This document shows positions 35,743 through 42,200 of a DNA stretch of 42,200 nt, piece after piece. Every line of letters starts with the position of its first letter. Within the stretch, counting starts at the first letter, position 1. The notes below the pieces were generated by a model. That model made no database searches. It saw nothing but the letters and a program-made list of their open reading frames with translations, and was not told the DNA's origin. The position numbers and the translations under genes were made by a program. Source of the DNA: an uncultured Candidatus Saccharibacteria bacterium (GTDB lineage Bacteria; Patescibacteriota; Minisyncoccia; Phycocordibacterales; UBA9973); assembly GCA_964474435.1 (NCBI GenBank), contig CAYYSI010000001.1:1-42200 (forward strand), given 5' to 3'.

Positions 35743-36666
35743 ATGTTTTGGATCAGATTACAACGAGTCATACGCAGTGGATGGATCAATTTCAGACGAA
35801 ATGGATTGGTTTCGTACGCGGCTATTTTAGTAACAACGATCACGCTCTCTGTAGCAACTGCGATATTTTTGTTCCAGGCAGTGCTCGTCAATGGTATTAC
35901 ACAGTTGCAAAACAAAGTTGATATCGCGATCTACTTCACTGTCGATGCTCCCGAAGAAAACATCCTCGCACTCAAAGGCACCCTCGAGAAACTCCCCGAA
36001 GTTGCAACTGTCGACTATAGCTCCGCGGATGCTCAGGTTCTCGCATTTCGTGATCGCCATGCTGATGACTATCTCACACTCCAAGCACTCGATGAGCTCG
36101 GCGACAACCCTTTTGGTGGTTCACTCTTGATCAAGGCAAAGGATTCAACGCAGTACGAAGCGATCGCGCGCGTGCTCGAAGGCGACAGTCAGATCGCACG
36201 AGAAAATGCGCAAATCATCGAACGTATCAACTATTCTCAAAACAAAGTTGTCATCGATCGTTTAAATAATTTGATCAAAAATGCTCGCGAAATCGGCTTT
36301 GGGATCACGATCGTCCTTGCGCTCATCTCGATCGTCATCGTGTTCACCACTGTGCGACTCACAATCTATATGGCACGTGACGAGATCGGCATTATGCGAC
36401 TCGTGGGAGCTAGTACTGCGTACGTCCGCGCACCATTTATTGTCGGAGGACTCCTCTATGGATTCTTTGCATGGCTTATCACGACGATCATATTCTTGCC
36501 ACTGACATACTTCCTCGGCATTCACGCAAGTGGCATCCTCGGATTCAATATCTATGGCTACTACCTCTCACACTTCTTTATGATTGGCGGCAGCGTGCTC
36601 CTCGTCGGACTATTCCTTGGTGGCGTATCGAGCTACCTCGCAGTGCGACGATATTTGAACGTCTAA
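35743..36666 (+). CDS. ftsX: Cell division permease FtsX
   Basis: 4-TM layout with large ECL1; EIGIMRLVGAS..YVRAPF. Confidence 0.93.
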   Translation: MFWIRLQRVIRSGWINFRRNGLVSYAAILVTTITLSVATAIFLFQAVLVNGITQLQNKVDIAIYFTVDAPEENILALKGTLEKLPEVATVDYSSADAQVLAFRDRHADDYLTLQALDELGDNPFGGSLLIKAKDSTQYEAIARVLEGDSQIARENAQIIERINYSQNKVVIDRLNNLIKNAREIGFGITIVLALISIVIVFTTVRLTIYMARDEIGIMRLVGASTAYVRAPFIVGGLLYGFFAWLITTIIFLPLTYFLGIHASGILGFNIYGYYLSHFFMIGGSVLLVGLFLGGVSSYLAVRRYLNV

Positions 36667-36685
36667 AACTCCGTATTCTGAAACT

Positions 36686-36715
36686 CCCCGAGGTATCCCA
36701 CGCCTCGGGGTTTTT
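36686..36715 (+). terminator. Intrinsic terminator after ftsX
   Basis: ccccgagg-tatcccacg-cctcgggg-ttttt. Confidence 0.85.
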
Positions 36716-36716
36716 C

Positions 36717-36744
36717 TTGAAAAATACTGCTTTTTGGGTATAAT
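36717..36744 (+). promoter_or_regulatory. Promoter for tRNA-Gln / SET gene
   Basis: ttgaaa-16 bp-TATAAT, 11 nt before the tRNA. Confidence 0.7.
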
Positions 36745-36755
36745 GAGCCCACGAT

Positions 36756-36826
36756 TGCCGAATCGTCTAATGGTAGGACAACGGTTTCTGGTACCGTTTA
36801 TCTTGGTTCGAGTCCAGGTTCGGCAG
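36756..36826 (+). tRNA. tRNA-Gln (CTG); CCA not encoded
   Basis: TGCCGAA/TTCGGCA (U1-A72), ACGGT-TTCTGGT-ACCGT, CTTGG-TTCGAGT-CCAGG, G73. Confidence 0.95.
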
Positions 36827-36828
36827 CA

Positions 36829-37320
36829 ATGTATAACGAAGAAAAGAAGAATCTTATTGTTAAAGATTCTCGAAATGGGAAAGGTATATTTGGCAAAAAA
36901 GATTTTGAAATAGACGACATTATATTTCAAGTCACAGGGAAGCTCATAGCAGGTGACGAAGATGATGATATTGATGACGAAACGCGCGACAACACGTATC
37001 GATACAATACAGATACATATATCAGCCCCAAAGGAAGAATAGGTGATATGCTCAACCACTCCTGCAATCCAAATGCAAAAGTTACTAAAGAAGGTGACAG
37101 GCTTTTAATTCGTGCGATTAAAAACATTATTATAGGCAAAGAAATTACTATTGATTACTCGACTATTATTGCCGCTGACGATATCTGGGTAATGGAGTGT
37201 AATTGTGGGAGCACAAAATGTCGGGGAAAGATTGGGAAATTTAAATTGCTACCTATAGCCATAAAGAATAAATATATTACTGAGAATATAGTTCCGGAGT
37301 ATATAGTACAGATAAGCTAG
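36829..37320 (+). CDS. SET-domain protein lysine methyltransferase with post-SET
   Basis: GKGIF, MLNHSCNPN, EITIDY, post-SET CNCGSTKCRG. Confidence 0.92.
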   Translation: MYNEEKKNLIVKDSRNGKGIFGKKDFEIDDIIFQVTGKLIAGDEDDDIDDETRDNTYRYNTDTYISPKGRIGDMLNHSCNPNAKVTKEGDRLLIRAIKNIIIGKEITIDYSTIIAADDIWVMECNCGSTKCRGKIGKFKLLPIAIKNKYITENIVPEYIVQIS

Positions 37321-37348
37321 TCTACTCTAGATTTGCTATACTACCCCT

Positions 37349-38110
37349 ATGAAACTAATCACACTCAATACATGGGCAGGGAGGCTCAAGGAGCCATTTA
37401 ATGACTTTTTGAAGGCGCATATGGCCGACACGGATATCTTTTGTTTCCAGGAGATATTCAATACTACAGCTGAGGATACGCACGAGTTAGTTATTGATAG
37501 GGCTACAGAAAGTGGGAATACCAATATTCTCAATGAGATCAGTAGTATTCTCACCGACTTTGATGCACACTTTTGTCCGGTAATGGAAAATGTATATGGT
37601 ATTGCAATTTTCTTGAAAAAAGGGATTGAAGTGATCCGTAGTGGGGAAGTGATGCTCTATAGTAACCCATCGTACAGTCTTGATGACGAATCAAATGATC
37701 ATGATCGCAAGATGCAATGGATCCATATCAAACAAGGCACCAAAGATTTGCTTATCATGAACGTACACGGACACTGGGATCCGTCGGGCAAAAATGACAC
37801 TTCAAATAGACTGGCACAATCCAAGATCATTAATGACTTCATCGATACTGTTGGATTTACTCCCAAGATATTGGTAGGAGATTTCAATTTGGATGTAAAT
37901 ACTGAGAGTATCAAGCTCTTGGAAAAGTCATTTATCAACCTTGTCAAAGAGCACGAGATCGAAACGACGCGCACTGAGCTCTACACTGGCGCAGATCGTC
38001 ATGCAGACTATGTGTTCGTATCAAATGAAGTGTTTGTAAACAAGTTCGCCGTCATGCCCGATGTTGTATCCGACCACTTCCCGCTGTCTATCGATTTTGA
38101 TTTGTTTTAA
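37349..38110 (+). CDS. Endonuclease/exonuclease/phosphatase (EEP) family protein
   Basis: ITLN, CFQEI, NVHG, VGDFN, DYVF, SDH motifs. Confidence 0.92.
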   Translation: MKLITLNTWAGRLKEPFNDFLKAHMADTDIFCFQEIFNTTAEDTHELVIDRATESGNTNILNEISSILTDFDAHFCPVMENVYGIAIFLKKGIEVIRSGEVMLYSNPSYSLDDESNDHDRKMQWIHIKQGTKDLLIMNVHGHWDPSGKNDTSNRLAQSKIINDFIDTVGFTPKILVGDFNLDVNTESIKLLEKSFINLVKEHEIETTRTELYTGADRHADYVFVSNEVFVNKFAVMPDVVSDHFPLSIDFDLF

Positions 38111-38124
38111 ATAACCAAATCTTC

Positions 38125-38159
38125 TAAACAAAAAATCCCTCGATGGGATTTTTTGTTTA
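38125..38159. terminator. Bidirectional terminator
   Basis: taaacaaaaaatccc-tcgat-gggattttttgttta 15-bp inverted repeat between convergent genes. Confidence 0.85.
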
Positions 38160-38170
38160 CTATTTTTTTA

Positions 38171-38584
38171 TTACATCGCGATCACGATGCCCATGATGCC
38201 AAGCAGGATGAGCCAGTAGCCAGCGTGGATGAAAAACAGCTTCCATGGCTTGCCTTCCCATGCGACAAATGAAAGCTGGGTTGGAACGACAAATCCGAGC
38301 CAGTTCCAAAATGCTGCCTGGATGCCGATAGATATGCCTGTGCGGCCCATGAATGCTGCTGCATAGCCAATAGAGTACGTGAGGCACAGTGCCATAAAGA
38401 ATGCCCCAACGAGCGAGATAATGATGGGTTTCATCATATCCCGGAAGCACGGCTTTTCTGCAGGGACGACGATGCCGGCGAGGCGGATCCATGTTTTCCC
38501 AAAGAGTGGGCCGTACCAGATCATGCCGAGCACGACTGAGACAGCCATTGAAATAATAATCGTCCAAATATTGATTGCTACCAT
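38171..38584 (-). CDS. DUF1761-type membrane protein
   Basis: LGMIWYGPLFGKTW and WKLFFIHAGYWL; four hydrophobic segments. Confidence 0.85.
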   Translation of the reverse strand: MVAINIWTIIISMAVSVVLGMIWYGPLFGKTWIRLAGIVVPAEKPCFRDMMKPIIISLVGAFFMALCLTYSIGYAAAFMGRTGISIGIQAAFWNWLGFVVPTQLSFVAWEGKPWKLFFIHAGYWLILLGIMGIVIAM

Positions 38585-38684
38585 ATATCTCTATTTAGTG
38601 AGTAATACTGAGAGTATATACGATCACTGGGGAAATGCGAGGAGGTTTTTGAGATAGCAGTATAAGTTTGTATACTACCTGTAT

Positions 38685-39107
38685 ATGAATAAAAAAGCTT
38701 GGATTATCGTTCTCGTACTTATTATTGGTGCAGTGGCATATGCACAATATCGACCAAAAGATGTGCCTGTTGAAACTGTTATTTCTCATGAAGATGTTGT
38801 TCAAGAAGTCAAAACACCAACACCTTCTGTTGATACAACTGAACAGACATTTAGTGGCAAGATCACTGCATACAGCACTGGTTGTTTCGTTGATGGTATT
38901 TGTAGCGTGACGGTTGGTGACAAGGTTGTGATCATCACTGCCGGATTCCGTATGAATGTTCCTCCAGTTGGTACACTCCAAGGGGTCGAGAGTATTGGCG
39001 ACCTCGAAACCAAGATTGGGCACACTGCCACTGTCTACGCGCACAAAAATTCTTCAAAAGAATACACTCTCTATGGCAAAGCTAGCTACTACGTCAAAGT
39101 CCAATAG
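38685..39107 (+). CDS. Hypothetical secreted/membrane-anchored protein
   Basis: N-terminal TM; CFVDGIC pair; OB-like beta-rich body. Confidence 0.75.
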   Translation: MNKKAWIIVLVLIIGAVAYAQYRPKDVPVETVISHEDVVQEVKTPTPSVDTTEQTFSGKITAYSTGCFVDGICSVTVGDKVVIITAGFRMNVPPVGTLQGVESIGDLETKIGHTATVYAHKNSSKEYTLYGKASYYVKVQ

Positions 39108-39366
39108 CAGCTCATTTTACGCATACATACTCGAATGCGCTGACACGACGCTCTATATAGGGTCAACGAACGATCTGTCCAAGAGACTCCATGAGCACAA
39201 CCATGCTAAAAATGGCGCCAAATACACCAAGGCTCGTCGTCCTGTAGTACTTCGATACTCAGAGATACTCGACACCTTTGCGGCGTCTCGTGCACGTGAG
39301 GCCGCACTCAAGCGATTATCGCGAAAAGAGAAATTGGCACTGTTTGCTGGTAAAACAGCCTTATAG
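39073..39366 (+). CDS. GIY-YIG nuclease (UPF0213/YhbQ-like)
   Basis: [41 protein letters not shown]; start uncertain (nearest in-frame ATG 39073). Confidence 0.85.
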   Translation: MAKLATTSKSNSSSFYAYILECADTTLYIGSTNDLSKRLHEHNHAKNGAKYTKARRPVVLRYSEILDTFAASRAREAALKRLSRKEKLALFAGKTAL

Positions 39367-39510
39367 GAGGGTGTTTTTCCTTGTCTCATATTGACGCAAA
39401 CCCAATACACAGGTTTCGTTAAACTTCGTCCAACTCATCAATGCTATAGTGTATATACAGGGCAATACGATGGATCTCAGGTGAAGCGCTGATTATTAAG
39501 CAATTAATAT

Positions 39511-39849
39511 ATGAGTTATACAATTATGAAAAAAATATTAGCCACAGGAGGAATGCTCGCATACATGCTCATGTTCAACTCGGGAGTCGTATCGGCTCAT
39601 ATGCTTCCCGATATTGCAGCATCAGAAATACAAGTACCGACAACAGAAGAATCCGCAAAGCGTGAAAAGCACTTTGAAGCAAAGATATCACGTCTCGCCG
39701 ACAAGCTCGGACTGGATGTTGATGAGCTCAAGCAGGATCTGGCGTCAGGTCAGTCAACCAAAGACATTCTCAAAAAGTATGGCGTCACCCAAAAGCAATT
39801 GCGCGAAGTCATGGGCAACAAACGCGCACATGCGCATCGAGGCCGCTAG
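39511..39849 (+). CDS. Hypothetical secreted protein
   Basis: Signal-like N-terminus; LADKLGLDVDEL...GQS..DIL..YGV helical repeat. Confidence 0.75.
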   Translation: MSYTIMKKILATGGMLAYMLMFNSGVVSAHMLPDIAASEIQVPTTEESAKREKHFEAKISRLADKLGLDVDELKQDLASGQSTKDILKKYGVTQKQLREVMGNKRAHAHRGR

Positions 39850-39864
39850 TGGTATACTAGAGGT

Positions 39865-40104
39865 ATGAATACTCACGCCGACATATTTTTCGCTATCTCT
39901 TCTGCCGGTTTTGTCGTCGTTACGATATTGATCATCATCGCACTCGTCTATGTGATCAGTATTTTGCGAAAGGTGAAATACATCTCTGAAAAAATCGGGG
40001 ATAATGTACAGGATATCAGCAATGACACCAAAGAATTCGTCCGAGATGTGCGCGAGAGCGGGGTATACCGTATACTCTTTGCCAAGAAGCGAAAGTCCAA
40101 ATAG
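39865..40104 (+). CDS. Small membrane protein (YtxG/DUF948-like architecture)
   Basis: TM helix then short coiled coil; ATG 6 nt after TGG-TATACT. Confidence 0.7.
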   Translation: MNTHADIFFAISSAGFVVVTILIIIALVYVISILRKVKYISEKIGDNVQDISNDTKEFVRDVRESGVYRILFAKKRKSK

Positions 40105-40164
40105 GTGTTGCGAGATGGGAAAAAGGAGTATACTGAAAGGGATTATCAGTAATCAATATTCCGT

Positions 40165-40569
40165 ATGAAAAAAGAAACTAAAAAGAAAGGAGGAATGTCG
40201 ACTGGAGGTATGGTTGCTATTGGGGCAAGTGTTGCCGCACTTGCTGCAGCATCATATTATTTCTTTGGCCCCGAAGGGCAAAAGCATCGCAAAACTGCAA
40301 AGGGTTGGATGCTCAAGATGAAGGCAGAGATCGTCGAGAAAATGGAGGGTGCAAAAGAAATGACCCAGTCAGCATATGACACCATTGTCGACACTGTTGC
40401 CAAGAAATACGCCAAGAATCCTGAGATCGGGATGATGGTAGATATGCTCAAGAAACAGTGGAAAGGCATTTCAAGCAGTAGTGCTGGCGCAAAAAAGAAA
40501 GTTGCAAAGGCAGTAAAGAAAGCTGTTAAGAAAGCATCTCCAAAGAAATCTGCAGCAAAGAAGAAATAA
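40165..40569 (+). CDS. YtxH-like protein with Lys/Ala-rich histone-H1-like tail
   Basis: GASVAALAAASYYFF.P..G N-terminus; tail AKKKVAKAVKKAVKKASPKKSAAKKK. Confidence 0.75.
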   Translation: MKKETKKKGGMSTGGMVAIGASVAALAAASYYFFGPEGQKHRKTAKGWMLKMKAEIVEKMEGAKEMTQSAYDTIVDTVAKKYAKNPEIGMMVDMLKKQWKGISSSSAGAKKKVAKAVKKAVKKASPKKSAAKKK

Positions 40570-40607
40570 GCTGTAGTATTACTAGTATTAATTTTTAGAG
40601 TTTCGAT

Positions 40608-40760
40608 ATGCTTACAACTATTGCAATTATTCTCCTTATCCTTTGGCTCCTCGGAGTGGTTGGTGTGTTTGTTATCGGCAAATTCATCCACATTCTCCTT
40701 GTCGTCGCAGTTATTATGATCCTTATCCGCCTCATTCGCGGAGAAAATCCGATCAAATAA
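40608..40760 (+). CDS. 50-aa membrane protein, lmo0937 family (not in ORF track)
   Basis: Translated by hand: MLTTIAIILLILWLLGVVGVFVIGKFIHILLVVAVIMILIRLIRGENPIK*; LWLLG / IHILLV.A motifs. Confidence 0.85.
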   Translation: MLTTIAIILLILWLLGVVGVFVIGKFIHILLVVAVIMILIRLIRGENPIK

Positions 40761-40771
40761 TGCTCTCGCAC

Positions 40772-40793
40772 AAGCCCTCCTCGGAGGGTTTTT
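40772..40793 (+). terminator. Intrinsic terminator
   Basis: gccctc-ctcg-gagggt-tttt. Confidence 0.75.
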
Positions 40794-40823
40794 GCTTTGG
40801 GTAAAATAGGGTAGTATCAAGGC

Positions 40824-41633
40824 ATGAATAGTGCGCAAAAGGCATTTGTCCAAACAGTCAAAGGTCATTACAAAAAGCAGGGCAGACACGAGCTCCCATG
40901 GCGCCTGACGACTGATGCATACAGTATTGCGGTGTCAGAGATCATGCTGCAGCAGACACAAGTCGATCGTGTCATACCTAAATACACTGCATTCCTACAG
41001 AAATTCCCGACAGTACAGAAGCTCGCCAAAGCTCCACTCTCAGAAGTACTCGGTATGTGGAGCGGGCTTGGGTACAACAGACGTGCGAAGTTCTTGCATC
41101 AAATGGCACAAGCTGTAGTGAATGATTATAAAGGAAAGTTTCCGACACAGTACGATGATCTCAAGAAGCTTCCCGGCATCGGTCCATATACCGCGGGCGC
41201 AATATCTGCATTTGCATTCAACCAAGCTGTGCCGATCATAGAGACCAATATCCGTACTGTCTATCTCCATCATTTTTTCAAACATAAATCAGATATCTCT
41301 GATGCTGCGCTACACAAAATAATTGAGAAAACACTCGATACCAAAAACCCGCGCGTTTGGTACTGGGCACTCATGGACTACGGCTCACATTTGAAATCCA
41401 CTGGTATTAAAAATAATGCTAAAAGCAAGCACTATACCAAACAATCAAAGTTTGAAGGATCCAAACGCCAAATCCGCGGCACAATCATGCGAGAAGTATT
41501 AAAAGGTCCGACAACAGCGCAACACATGCTAAGAATAATTGATCGCACCAAAGAAGATATTCAAAAAGTATTTGATGATTTGGTGAGAGAAGGATTTGTG
41601 AAGAAGGAGAAAGGGAAGTATAAAATACTTTAA
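40824..41633 (+). CDS. mutY: MutY-like HhH-GPD adenine glycosylase lacking Fe-S motif and C-terminal domain
   Basis: LPWR, SEIMLQQTQV, WSGLGYNRRA, HhH LPGIGPYTAGAI, ALMDYG. Confidence 0.85.
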   Translation: MNSAQKAFVQTVKGHYKKQGRHELPWRLTTDAYSIAVSEIMLQQTQVDRVIPKYTAFLQKFPTVQKLAKAPLSEVLGMWSGLGYNRRAKFLHQMAQAVVNDYKGKFPTQYDDLKKLPGIGPYTAGAISAFAFNQAVPIIETNIRTVYLHHFFKHKSDISDAALHKIIEKTLDTKNPRVWYWALMDYGSHLKSTGIKNNAKSKHYTKQSKFEGSKRQIRGTIMREVLKGPTTAQHMLRIIDRTKEDIQKVFDDLVREGFVKKEKGKYKIL

Positions 41634-41956
41634 AACCAAATATGAGGGTATCTCCAATATCCATTTAGAAAATAAAAACCAAATGGACTGAGAATAAATC
41701 TAAAAATACCGAACGCTGTTATGCCTATCAATAAAATGGCAATTAGTTCGTATTGTTTTTCATGTCGAAGGTATAATATTCCGATGAAGAAACTCATTGC
41801 TAGAAAAATTGGCTTAATTGCGAAACTGTAAATTATCTGAAACGAGTTTCCAAATGATCCATTTATATCATATCTTAGGTTGGTTTTGTCCCATATAGCG
41901 ATAGCAACATAAAAGATAGTGAGAGCTATCAAGAAAATTAAATTTAATCTCTTCAT
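41630..41956 (-). CDS. Small hypothetical membrane protein
   Basis: 108 aa, three hydrophobic segments, AT-rich. Confidence 0.6.
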   Translation of the reverse strand: MKRLNLIFLIALTIFYVAIAIWDKTNLRYDINGSFGNSFQIIYSFAIKPIFLAMSFFIGILYLRHEKQYELIAILLIGITAFGIFRFILSPFGFYFLNGYWRYPHIWF

Positions 41957-41972
41957 ATTAAGAATTATAACA

Positions 41973-42200
41973 TCATTCAGCTTTAAGCCTCAATGCATAC
42001 AGCATCGCTCCTAACAAAAGCATTGAGAGAATGATAAAGAGGATCTGCATATTGCCGAGCCAGAGGACTATGGCGCCAAGGAGTGGGGCAATGATGTATG
42101 CCAGCGGGAGTGTCATGCGCAGCGTTGAGATGAGCGCTGTGTCATGCTCGGTCACTGCCTTAAAGAATGCACTCTCACATCCTACTTCGATGATACTTGC
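41973..42200 (-). CDS. MFS-type transporter, C-terminal fragment (runs off window end)
   Basis: Open frame from 42200: ASIIEVGCESAFFKAVTEHDTALISTLRMTLPLAYIIAPLLG plus last TM helix. Confidence 0.65.
   Translation of the reverse strand, partial: ASIIEVGCESAFFKAVTEHDTALISTLRMTLPLAYIIAPLLGAIVLWLGNMQILFIILSMLLLGAMLYALRLKAE

Noticed and set aside
39367-39510. Riboswitch upstream of the 39511 gene (gacgcaaacc...ggtttcgt hairpin)
   Set aside because: Only a short imperfect hairpin; does not match the c-di-GMP-I or fluoride consensus beyond a few bases

Overview
Chromosomal segment of a low-to-moderate GC bacterium with the gene content and gene style of a Patescibacteria/CPR (Parcubacteria-like) organism. 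The lineage is inferred from content, not from a marker gene. Standard code 11 fits (TGA stops, RF2 present). Left half: a complete, bounded type IV pilus/competence locus (comF, pilM-N-O, a PilP-position FN3 protein, pilB, a CheY-like regulator, pilT, pilC, three tandem pilins, pilD, four minor pilins). It has no secretin or PilY1, but a 989-aa double beta-propeller surface protein sits between pilM and pilN, and an orphan pilin-Ig fusion lies nearby. Middle and right: ligA, gatCA, six tRNAs, Nudix, D,D-carboxypeptidase, DEAD-box helicase, typA, a shortened RF2, ftsEX, SET-domain protein, EEP nuclease, GIY-YIG, a cluster-less MutY, and several AT-rich ORFans placed right behind tRNAs. Top observation: the 'purA' at 26941-28032 is not a canonical adenylosuccinate synthetase. 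It carries the PurZ/PurZ0 signature (catalytic Asp13 to Ser, Arg303 lost, GTP-type Asp retained), i.e. a candidate 2-aminoadenine (Z base) biosynthesis enzyme in a cellular chromosome with no phage genes in view. Other notable items: a pervasive -10 box/6 nt/ATG leaderless-type start architecture, an initiator tRNA lacking one of the three G-C anticodon-stem pairs, a structured tRNA-mimicking element behind tRNA-Asp, and a long 5'UTR stem abutting the DEAD-box start codon. No CRISPR array, rRNA, transposase or integrase was seen.
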